Shown piece after piece: positions 49,687-57,755 of a stretch of 64,000 nucleotides of DNA. Position 1 is the stretch's first letter; every line of letters begins with the position of its first letter. The position numbers and the translations under genes are program-made. The notes beneath the pieces are model-generated. The model did not search any database. It had not been told where the DNA came from and worked only from the letters and a program-made list of their open reading frames with translations. Source of the DNA: Polyangiaceae bacterium. Its GTDB lineage: Bacteria; Myxococcota_A; Polyangia; Polyangiales; Polyangiaceae. The stretch lies in the NCBI GenBank assembly GCA_044376115.1, contig JBILLK010000006.1, positions 320,001 to 384,000 on the forward strand, given 5' to 3'.

Positions 49687-50787
49687 CTATCTGACGGTGG
49701 GCAACGCTCGGCCTTTGCGGCCGGCGCGCGGAGGTGCTTTCGGCTCGGTGGCGATCAATCGCGTGGCCAGATCAATCCCACGATCGACGAGCTCCTCGGC
49801 TGCCGCTTTCAGTTCGTCATTGGCCTGTACGCTCTCCACGTTGCGGGCCATGTCCTCAGCCGTCCAGCCGCGCGAATGAGCGATATACGGAAACTGCGGG
49901 AACTGACAGCCGAGCTCACCGAAGAAGCCGAGCATTTGCCCGGCGACGGCCTGCACGTTGTCTTGCCCACCGGTGATGATGGCGCCGACGACTTTATTCT
50001 GCAGTAGCACCTTGCCCGAGATGGTGACCTGGTTCTGAATACAGTTCATTCGCTCTACCATTTTAAAGTAGAGGCTGCTGGCTGCGCCCCAGCGGATGGG
50101 CGTGGCCACCATGAAGACGTCGCCCCAGTGCACGAGCGCTTCGTAGACTTGGTCCAATTGGTCATTGGGGTCCATCTGGGTAATCGAGCAGGGCCAGGTG
50201 CAGGCGCGCGCACCCTTGGAGTAAAAGCCCTCGCAGGCGCGAAAGTTGAGGTCGCGCAGGCGCACCATGCGCGTCTCGTGGCCTTGCGCCTCTGCGTGCT
50301 TGAGCGCCGCCTCCAGCAGATACTCGGAGGTTGAAAAGCGCGGATAGTCCTTTTGCATCACCGTGGTGGAGAAGCCAACCACCCGCGGTTTGCCCGCTAG
50401 CCGCTCGACGGGGCGGGCCAGCGGGTGCGGCTCGTGCGGCTTCTTGGCGCGCTTTACATGCGGCTTGCTGCCGACCTGCACACGGCCCTCGACCACCCGC
50501 ACGTGATAGGCGGGGACCACGTCCTCCTCGAAGCCGCGCTCGCCATGCCCTTCCACGCGGTGAAAGCGCCACTGATGCCACGGACAGACGACGAAGTCGC
50601 CCTCCAGGGTGCCTTTCCCGAGCGGTCCGCCAGCGTGATTGCAGGCCCCGTGGATGGCGCCAAAGAGCCCATCCTTGAAGGTCAGCGCCACACGGGTGCT
50701 ACCGACCGTTACTTGCTGAACCTCGCTCAGGGCAAGCTCTGCCGCTGCCCCGACGTCGACCCATTCTTCAGCGCTGTCTTGCGTCAT
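49687..50787 (-). CDS. Rieske [2Fe-2S] + NAD(P)H-dependent FMN reductase/flavodoxin fusion
   Basis: CNHAGGP...CPWH; ACEGFYSKGARACTWPC; ATPIRWG; ITGGQD. Start reset to ATG 50787. Confidence 0.88.
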   Translation of the reverse strand: MTQDSAEEWVDVGAAAELALSEVQQVTVGSTRVALTFKDGLFGAIHGACNHAGGPLGKGTLEGDFVVCPWHQWRFHRVEGHGERGFEEDVVPAYHVRVVEGRVQVGSKPHVKRAKKPHEPHPLARPVERLAGKPRVVGFSTTVMQKDYPRFSTSEYLLEAALKHAEAQGHETRMVRLRDLNFRACEGFYSKGARACTWPCSITQMDPNDQLDQVYEALVHWGDVFMVATPIRWGAASSLYFKMVERMNCIQNQVTISGKVLLQNKVVGAIITGGQDNVQAVAGQMLGFFGELGCQFPQFPYIAHSRGWTAEDMARNVESVQANDELKAAAEELVDRGIDLATRLIATEPKAPPRAGRKGRALPTVR

Positions 50788-50844
50788 GCGGCGCAGGATA
50801 GGGCATTGCCTGCGTTCAAGGTCGCGACTAGGTCGCGTTCGGTG

Positions 50845-51480
50845 GTGAACACACCGTTGAATCCGGCGCTCGAGGCCGCGTTTGTTCGTTGGGAGCAAGA
50901 GGGCCCATCCGGAGATGAGGCTCACCGCGAGCGGCTGAAGAAGCTCGCGGACGCTGTCGATAAGCAGCTCCGTGAGCGAGGCAAGGTGGACCTCGTCTTC
51001 GTGTGTACCCACAATTCGCGCAGGAGCCACATGACGCAGCTCTTGGCCCTCGCAGCCGCGCAGCGGCTCGGGGTCGTTGGGTTGCGTACCTTCTCGGGGG
51101 GAACCGAGGCTACGGCCTTCAACCCGCGGGCGATCGCGGCTCTGTCTCGGCTTGGCTTCGAGCTGAGCTCGGGAGAGAGCACGAACCCCAAGGTGAAGGT
51201 GCGCTTCAGCCCAGTCGCCGAGCCCGTGGAGGCCTTCTCCAAGAAGTACGCCGATCCGCCCAACCCGGAGAAAGACTTCGTGGTGGTGATGACGTGTTCG
51301 CAGGCCGACGGTTCATGCCCATTCGTTGTTGGAGCGCTTTCACGCGTGGCTATCCCCTACGAGGACCCCAAGGTCGCCGATGGAACTCCGGAGGAAGCGG
51401 CGCGCTACGACGAGCGCGCCAACCAGATCGGTCGGGATATGGCCTGGGTCTTCCGCCAGGCGCGGCAGCCTCGAGAGTGA
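50845..51480 (+). CDS. LMW-PTP fold protein, arsenate reductase (ArsC, thioredoxin type)-like
   Basis: P-loop FVCTHNSRRS (CX5R), SGGTE, MTCSQADGSCP resolving-Cys pair, YEDPK. Start approximate (GTG 50842/50845). Confidence 0.85.
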   Translation: MNTPLNPALEAAFVRWEQEGPSGDEAHRERLKKLADAVDKQLRERGKVDLVFVCTHNSRRSHMTQLLALAAAQRLGVVGLRTFSGGTEATAFNPRAIAALSRLGFELSSGESTNPKVKVRFSPVAEPVEAFSKKYADPPNPEKDFVVVMTCSQADGSCPFVVGALSRVAIPYEDPKVADGTPEEAARYDERANQIGRDMAWVFRQARQPRE

Positions 51481-51533
51481 CCGGAGCGCGCGCTTCGTTC
51501 ACTCGAACGATCGGCTCTGCTACTTTGCCCGCG

Positions 51534-52448
51534 ATGGTCCGAACGATTGGTTCACGCGAGGCGCAGGCTCTGATGGACGCTGGCACGGTGGCGCTCGTGG
51601 ACGTGCGCGAGCCGAGTGAGTTTGCGACGGGACACCTGCCCGGCGCGCGGCTCGTTCCGCTCGGTGATTTGAAGCAAAACTTCGCGGCGGCCGGTCTCAA
51701 GGGGCCGGTGTTGTTCGTGTGCGCCAAAGGCGGTCGCAGCAACACCGCCGCTGAGCTCGCGCTGGCCAACGGCCTATCGGAGGTCTACAGCTTGGCCGGA
51801 GGTACCTCCGGATGGATTGCCGAGGGCCACCGAGTCGAGACGCCGGCCCAGCCGGTCGCGCCCGCCGCTCCGTCGGTGAGCCCCGAGGAAGTGCCAGCCG
51901 AGTTCGACGTGATCGTCGGCGAGAACGTACGCAAGCTGCGCACCCAGCGCGGCTACTCGCTCGACATCCTGGCCGGAATGAGCGGCGTGGGGCGGCAGAC
52001 CTTGGGCCAGATCGAGCTTGGGCGCACGGTGCCGAGCGTGAGCACCTTGTGGAAGATCGCCACGGCGTTCGAGGTGCCGTTCTCGGTCCTGTTGGCGCAG
52101 CCGGGAACGACCGCAACCAAGGTCTTGCGGCAGGCCCAGGCCAAACGGCTGGTGAGCGCGGATGGGCGTTTCTCATCGCGCGCGCTGTTTCCTTCGGAAG
52201 GGAAGGGCAAGGTCGAGTTCTACGAGCTTTGGCTGGCCGGCTACGGCCGCGAGGACGCGGAGCCGCACGCGCCGGGAACCCGGGAGAACCTGATTGTTAC
52301 GGCCGGCAAGTTGGTGCTCGAGGTGGGCAAAGAGTCATATGAGCTCGGCAAAGGGGACGCGATCGTGTTCTCCGCGGACGTCGCTCATTCCTATCGCAAC
52401 CCAGCATCCGAGGAGTGTTGGATGAACCTGGTGATGACGTACGGCTGA
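51534..52448 (+). CDS. Rhodanese - XRE HTH - cupin fusion transcriptional regulator
   Basis: DVREPSEFATGHLPGA, CAKGGRS, LAGGTSGW (rhodanese); GENVRKLR...IELGRTVPSVSTLWKIA (HTH_3); EPHAPGTRE, GDAIVFSADVAHSYRN (cupin). Start ATG 51534. Confidence 0.88.
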   Translation: MVRTIGSREAQALMDAGTVALVDVREPSEFATGHLPGARLVPLGDLKQNFAAAGLKGPVLFVCAKGGRSNTAAELALANGLSEVYSLAGGTSGWIAEGHRVETPAQPVAPAAPSVSPEEVPAEFDVIVGENVRKLRTQRGYSLDILAGMSGVGRQTLGQIELGRTVPSVSTLWKIATAFEVPFSVLLAQPGTTATKVLRQAQAKRLVSADGRFSSRALFPSEGKGKVEFYELWLAGYGREDAEPHAPGTRENLIVTAGKLVLEVGKESYELGKGDAIVFSADVAHSYRNPASEECWMNLVMTYG

Positions 52449-52451
52449 GGG

Positions 52452-52507
52452 AAGGCTGGCCTGCAGACGCCCTTTTGCAGCGTGAGTCCTTCTGCAGGGT
52501 CAGCCTT
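52452..52507. terminator. Long imperfect hairpin between convergent genes
   Basis: AAGGCTGGCCTGCAGA (52452-52467) pairs with TCTGCAGGGTCAGCCTT (52491-52507). Confidence 0.45.
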
Positions 52508-53531
52508 GGTGAAGCTCCGCTTTGGCGATCACCTCGAGCGAGGCGAGCTTGCTCGAGAGATCGAGGGCCAGGGCGGTTTGCGCCCGGCTGCGTGCGAGGT
52601 TGTGGTCGCCCCGGGTAGCGTAGCGGGCAGCGTCGAAGCCGAAATAGCGCTCCTCCAGCGTGTCGGTCAAAAAGCGCAGGGCCAGCTCGACCGAGATGGT
52701 CAGCACTCCGCGCGGCAAGAGTGCAACTTCGTCGGCGGGCACGCGGGCACCTGAGGAGGCGTAGCCGCTCAGCGCCAAACGAAAGGTGTCCGGGTTGAAG
52801 CTGCTGTCGCTCGAGTCTTCGGCGCCTCGGTTACACCAGCTGCGCAGCGCATCTCCCAGCTCGAACACCCACATCATCGACGCCACCGTGTCGAGATCCA
52901 CCAGAGCGAGCCCGTGCTCGCCTGCAAAGAGAAGGTTGGCGGCCTTCAGGTCGCCATGCGCATGACGGCTAGGCGTGGCTCCCAGCTGCAGCGTCTGTTG
53001 CAGTAGCGGCTCGAGCCGAGCGAACACGGCGCGCACCTCGGCAAGCAGTCGATGCGAAGCGTGGGTGCCCTCGGCTTCACGGTAACCGCGCTCGCGAAAG
53101 GCCAGATCATGAATGCCCTTTCGCACGTGCACGTACTCATGTTCGAAGTCGCTGAGCGCCGCGTGAAATGCACCCACCATGCGCCCGGCTTCACGCACGT
53201 GCGTGGCGGAGGGGAAGCGCTCGTAGGAAACCCCGTCCAAGAAGCTGAGCATGCGCCACACGTGCCCGTCTTCGTCGGTTTGCCAAAGCTCACCGCCGTC
53301 GCTCGGGATGAGGCGCAGCGTTGTCACGCCTTTGCTGGCGAGGTGCTCCGTCACGGCCGCGATATCTACGTGTACGCTGGCTTTGAAGGTCGGGTGGAGC
53401 CGCTGGACGATCACGGTGCGCCCCGTAAGCTCGGCGCGAAAGGTCTGGTTGATGAGCCCACTGCCGTACCGCTCGGCTTCGGCAGAGAGACCTTGCCACG
53501 CGCTCAGGATGGGGGCGGGGAGCTTGACCAT
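52500..53531 (-). CDS. Aminoglycoside phosphotransferase-family kinase (N-acetylhexosamine 1-kinase-like)
   Basis: GSGLINQTF, HGDLKAAN, VDLDT, GDALRSW, ALRFLTD, HNLAR. Confidence 0.85.
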   Translation of the reverse strand: MVKLPAPILSAWQGLSAEAERYGSGLINQTFRAELTGRTVIVQRLHPTFKASVHVDIAAVTEHLASKGVTTLRLIPSDGGELWQTDEDGHVWRMLSFLDGVSYERFPSATHVREAGRMVGAFHAALSDFEHEYVHVRKGIHDLAFRERGYREAEGTHASHRLLAEVRAVFARLEPLLQQTLQLGATPSRHAHGDLKAANLLFAGEHGLALVDLDTVASMMWVFELGDALRSWCNRGAEDSSDSSFNPDTFRLALSGYASSGARVPADEVALLPRGVLTISVELALRFLTDTLEERYFGFDAARYATRGDHNLARSRAQTALALDLSSKLASLEVIAKAELHQG

Positions 53532-53600
53532 GGCGCACGTTACACCGGCCCGGGCGTGCTGAAACAGCGCTGAGTGGCCCCTGCCGTGTCGAAGTAGCGC

Positions 53601-55109
53601 TCAGGTTCCCGTCAAGGCGAGCCAAGCATCGCTCGAAGCGCCCGCTGGTCGACTCGAGCTGCGATCCTGGCTGACCGCGCGCGGGCGCTTGAGTGGAAGC
53701 TCGATGATGAAGGTGGTTCCAACGCCGCATTCGGTCTCGAAAGTCAGCTGGCCCCCGTGGTGTACTGCGATGAAGGTATGTGCGAGCGCGAGACCCTGGC
53801 CGGTACCTTTGCCGAGCGGCTTGGTGGTGAAGAATGGCTCGAAGATCCGCGAGCGCACCGCTTCAGGGATGCCGGCGCCGTTGTCTCGGATGTGCACCGT
53901 CACTCCGCCTGCATGGCCCCGGCTACTGATCGTGATGCTGCCGAGCCCTTGAAGGTTGCGGTCTGCCACAGCATGGGTGGCGTTGATGATCAGGTTTAGG
54001 AACACTTGGTTGAGTTCCCCGAGATTGCATTCGACGAGCGGCAGCTCGCCGAGATCGGTGGTCAGGCAGGCGACGTGTTTGTACTCACCGCCCGCGACGA
54101 TCACCGCGTCGCGGATCGCGCCGTTGACGTCTGCTCGTTCCACCACGTGCGACTCGGGATGAGAGAAGGCTCGCAGCGCGCGGACGATCTCGGCGACGCG
54201 CCCAACTCCGCGAAGCGTGCGCTGCGCAGCGAGAGGCGCCTCCGAGAACAAGAAGTCCACATCCGCTCGTTCGGCGGTCTTCGCGATCAGCTCTTCATCG
54301 GCGGGCGTGAGCGCACCGCGTGCGCGCAGTTCAGCGAAGAGCTCGTGGTGGATCGACCAGGCTTGCGCGAGATCCTTCAGTGCGTCTTTGAGAAAGACGA
54401 CGCCATCGCCGATGAACTGGATTGGCGTGTTTACCTCGTGTGCAACGCCAGCGGCTAGTTGTCCGACCGCCTCCATCTTTTGCGCGATCTGCAACCGCTC
54501 TTCGAGCCGGGTTTTCTCGGTCACGTCGGAGATCGAGAACAGGATTTGCTCCACCGTGCCCAGATCACTGAGCACGGCCCGGCCCTCCACCAGGAGGTTC
54601 TTGTCTCCAACGTGAAAGCGCGATGGCAGGGCAGCGAGTGCATCGCCGTCTTTCTCTGGGTGCTCGAATACGGAGCGCAGTTGGTGCTTGAAGCGTTCGG
54701 CGGTCAAGCCGCTGGTTTGCAGCACAAGGGCGAGCGGCTTGTTCACGATGTCGTAGCCGAAGATCTGCTTGCAGCTCCGGGTTGCCCCTGGGAGGACGAC
54801 TCCCTCCCGGCCAACCAGCAAGATGCCGAAGGTCACGTTGTCGATGATTGAGCGGGTTGCCCGGGTCCGCTCGGTCACCTCGAGCTCGAGCCTAAGTTTG
54901 TGTGCCTCGAGCTCGGTGGCGCGTAGCTCCATCAGCTCTCGCCGGCGCTCGTTCGCCTCGACGCGGCGACGGGCCTCGTCGAGCTGAAGTTCGATTGGGC
55001 AGCGTGCTTCACCGCTCTGCATTTGTTGCATGCGTCGCTTCAGCACCGTTACGGTCTTCGCCGCTGCGATCGCGCGCTCTTCCCAGCTCATTTCTGCGTA
55101 GACGGGCAC
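53601..55109 (-). CDS. Cytoplasmic sensor histidine kinase (coiled coil - PAS-like - HisKA - HATPase)
   Basis: AAGVAHEVNTP (H box), NQVFLNLIINA, DNGAG, FEPFFTTK, GTGQGL. Start reset to GTG 55109 (AAGGA RBS overlapping the FIST stop). Confidence 0.92.
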   Translation of the reverse strand: MPVYAEMSWEERAIAAAKTVTVLKRRMQQMQSGEARCPIELQLDEARRRVEANERRRELMELRATELEAHKLRLELEVTERTRATRSIIDNVTFGILLVGREGVVLPGATRSCKQIFGYDIVNKPLALVLQTSGLTAERFKHQLRSVFEHPEKDGDALAALPSRFHVGDKNLLVEGRAVLSDLGTVEQILFSISDVTEKTRLEERLQIAQKMEAVGQLAAGVAHEVNTPIQFIGDGVVFLKDALKDLAQAWSIHHELFAELRARGALTPADEELIAKTAERADVDFLFSEAPLAAQRTLRGVGRVAEIVRALRAFSHPESHVVERADVNGAIRDAVIVAGGEYKHVACLTTDLGELPLVECNLGELNQVFLNLIINATHAVADRNLQGLGSITISSRGHAGGVTVHIRDNGAGIPEAVRSRIFEPFFTTKPLGKGTGQGLALAHTFIAVHHGGQLTFETECGVGTTFIIELPLKRPRAVSQDRSSSRPAGASSDAWLALTGT

Positions 55110-55119
55110 GTTTGGGTCC

Positions 55120-56241
55120 TTAGTGAAGGGCGACGCCAACCAGCGTCTGGTTGATGTGGAGGCCGTTGCACTGCTCACCGTAGGTATCGAAGCCGATCGA
55201 GTCGCAGGCCAAACGCCGCCACGACTCCGCCACTTGCGCCGAGACGCCGGCGCCTGACATCTCGAGCGCGCGTAGTATGCAGTTGAAGCCTACGAAGAAG
55301 CTCGGCTTCCCGTAGATGGACAGGAACTCATCAACGCTCTTGGAGAGCGCGGAGACCATGTCTTCGTGGCCGGCAATGTCGAGCACCATGCCTTCCTCGA
55401 GCGCACTCAAGAAGGAAATGGTTCCATCCGGATGGATCTTCTGCACGGAGCGCAGGAATAGGTCGCCTTCGGTAGCGAGAATGATCGGGTGAACGAACAC
55501 TAACTCCTCGGTTAGGTCGCTGCGCGGGACTCCCAGCGCGTCGGCGTAAGCATCTGCCGGGTTTATGCCGTCGAGTTCGAGGACGCGGCGGCCGGTTTCG
55601 TCGACGGCGGTGATGACCACCGACGTGCTCGTGCGCAGAAAGTGCTGATGTTTGAAGACCGTGAACCCGTCTTTGGGATCGCAAAGAATCAGCACAGCGT
55701 GGTCTTTGAGCGCCTGACCTTGAAGGAAGACGTAGGTCTCTTGAAACTTGAGGTCATCCCCAGCTGACCCGCCCACGAGCGCAATGCCATCGAGCGCAGC
55801 GGCTGCCATCGCGGTGAAGGACTCCTGCTTCAGCGAGAGCCCGTCGATCAACAACAAGCAGAAGTACTTGCGCACGTCGAAGGTGGTGCGGTCGATCCCC
55901 AGCTCCGCATAAAGCGCGTCCACCGTGCTCCGAAGTTGTGCTGGCGTAGCCCCTTGCAGCGGCACCGCGCGCGCCGCCCAGCAGGTCCCCGGGCTCTCGA
56001 CGGCTGCAACGCTCAAGCTCCCGGTGGCGCGGACCCCGTTGAGCATTTCCCCTGTCGTGGAGCAGCCGACGACCAAGCTACGCTCGAAGCGTCGCGCCAT
56101 CGCGGCGCTGAGCGCCTTCGGCTCGAAGCTGGAGGAAGCGAAGTAGAAGACCACATCCGGAGCTGCATTGGCTCCTGCGGTGGCCTCCGCAATGGCGGCG
56201 TCCAGATCTGAGTTGGTTGAGCGGTTTGAGTGGACCTTCAT
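55120..56241 (-). CDS. FIST-domain sensor protein (NosP-like), copy 2
   Basis: VGCSTTGE, LIDGLS, GGSAGDDL, FNCILRALE, GFDTYGEQCNGLHINQT; 373 aa. Confidence 0.9.
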   Translation of the reverse strand: MKVHSNRSTNSDLDAAIAEATAGANAAPDVVFYFASSSFEPKALSAAMARRFERSLVVGCSTTGEMLNGVRATGSLSVAAVESPGTCWAARAVPLQGATPAQLRSTVDALYAELGIDRTTFDVRKYFCLLLIDGLSLKQESFTAMAAAALDGIALVGGSAGDDLKFQETYVFLQGQALKDHAVLILCDPKDGFTVFKHQHFLRTSTSVVITAVDETGRRVLELDGINPADAYADALGVPRSDLTEELVFVHPIILATEGDLFLRSVQKIHPDGTISFLSALEEGMVLDIAGHEDMVSALSKSVDEFLSIYGKPSFFVGFNCILRALEMSGAGVSAQVAESWRRLACDSIGFDTYGEQCNGLHINQTLVGVALH

Positions 56242-56256
56242 CGTGGCTCGGTAGGG

Positions 56257-56433
56257 CTATTCGGCTGCATTTTTCGTCGCCTCTTCGCGCCAGCGCTTGG
56301 CCTCGAGCTGCTGGTCAAACCGAGTTTTTCGGCTGCCGTTTTGTAGATCGTGCACCCGACGTTTGAGCACGGTGACCGTTTTCTCTGCCGCGAGGGCGCG
56401 TTCTTCCCAGGTCATCTGTTCGAGCGAAGGCAT
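56257..56433 (-). CDS. 58-aa protein homologous to the N-terminus of the downstream histidine kinase
   Basis: Below the ORF-track cutoff. MPSLEQMTWEERALAAEKTVTVLKRRVHDLQNGSRKTRFDQQLEAKRWREEATKNAAE; AGGAG RBS overlapping the upstream FIST stop; fills the intergenic space almost exactly. Confidence 0.78.
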   Translation of the reverse strand: MPSLEQMTWEERALAAEKTVTVLKRRVHDLQNGSRKTRFDQQLEAKRWREEATKNAAE

Positions 56434-56442
56434 CGGCTTCTC

Positions 56443-57564
56443 CTAGTGAAGGGCGACTCCAACGAGTGTTTGATTGATATGCAGGCCACCGAACTGTTCG
56501 CCGTAGGTGTCGAAGCCGACTGACGTCTGAGCCAGCCGCTGCCAAGATGCAGCGACCTGTGGCTCGAGCGCTCGACTCGTCGATTCGAGGGCGCGCAGGA
56601 TGCAATTGAAGCCCAGGAAGAGTCGAGGGCGCGGATGATCGACGAGGAACTCATCGACGGCGCGGTCGAGCGCGCCAACGAAGTCTTGATGCCGGGCGAC
56701 ATCGAGCACCATGCCCTCTTCAACCGAGCAGAAGAATGAGATCGCACCATCCTCGAGAATTTCGCGGACCGAACGAACGAAGAGATCGCCGTCGCTCGAG
56801 AGTGTGAGCGGACGCAGAAAGGCGAACTCTTTCGTCAGCTCGGCGCGCGGGATGCCCAAGGCGTCGGCGTAGGCATCGGCGGCCGGGCGACCATCGAACT
56901 CGAGGATGCGCCTCCCATCCTTGCCGACGGCGGTGACGGCGAGTGAGGTTGTGGTGCGCAAGAAGTGCTGATGTTTGAAGAGATCGTAGCCTCGTTCGTG
57001 TTCGCACAGCACCATCAGCGCGTGCCCGCCGAGCGCCGCTCCTTGCAAGAAGACGAAAGTCTTGCGGAAGGTCAGGTCATCCGCCGCCGAGCCACCGACG
57101 AGCGGGATCCCGTGCAGGGCGTCGGCCGCGAAGGCCGAGAACGCCTCCTCCTGTGCAGAGAGCCCGTCGATGAAGAGCAGGCAAACGTACTTCGTCGGGT
57201 CGAGCTGGGCCTTCTCGACCGCGAGCTCGCTTAGCAGCTGGTCCACTGCCGCTTGGGTGATCTCGGCGGTTGCTCCCGCCAATAACACGCAGGTGGCGGC
57301 CCAGCGTGTGTGGGGGCTCTCGATCGCGGTGATGGCCAGTCCACCGGTGTGTCGCTCTCCATCGACGATTTCGCCCGCAGTGGTACAGCCGACCACCAAG
57401 CTCTCGGGAAAGCGGAAGGCGGTTGCTGCTGCAACCTGATCGGGATCCAGCTCCGAGGAGGCGAAACAAAAGACGACGTCAGGCTTCGCAGGCGCTTGCA
57501 CAGTGGCATCGGCGACCGCCGCGTCAACGTCGAGGCTTTTTGAAGTGCCTGAGGTGATTTTCAT
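56443..57564 (-). CDS. FIST-domain sensor protein (NosP-like), copy 1
   Basis: VGCTTAGE, FIDGLS, GGSAADDL, FNCILRALE, GFDTYGEQFGGLHINQT; ATG 57564 gives 373 aa, the same length as its paralog. Confidence 0.9.
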   Translation of the reverse strand: MKITSGTSKSLDVDAAVADATVQAPAKPDVVFCFASSELDPDQVAAATAFRFPESLVVGCTTAGEIVDGERHTGGLAITAIESPHTRWAATCVLLAGATAEITQAAVDQLLSELAVEKAQLDPTKYVCLLFIDGLSAQEEAFSAFAADALHGIPLVGGSAADDLTFRKTFVFLQGAALGGHALMVLCEHERGYDLFKHQHFLRTTTSLAVTAVGKDGRRILEFDGRPAADAYADALGIPRAELTKEFAFLRPLTLSSDGDLFVRSVREILEDGAISFFCSVEEGMVLDVARHQDFVGALDRAVDEFLVDHPRPRLFLGFNCILRALESTSRALEPQVAASWQRLAQTSVGFDTYGEQFGGLHINQTLVGVALH

Positions 57565-57755
57565 GCGCTCGCTTTCTCGGCAGGTCGGGTTCAAAAAGCG
57601 GGTTGCTGGGCAACACTCGACGGGCTCGCTTTTGCAGAGCGGCACTTCTGGCGAGCAGCTTTACTCACCGCCCGGGGGTGGTCGGTTCAGGTCTGGGGTC
57701 GAGCAGGCAGCCGGTGTTCAGCTGCAGCGAGTCGAGCCAGTGATATGGTCGGCGC

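Noticed and set aside
52500..53531. Aminoglycoside resistance gene
   Set aside because: Motifs (GLINQT, DLDT, RFLTD, HNL) fit the sugar-kinase-like branch of the APH superfamily; no evidence for antibiotic specificity.
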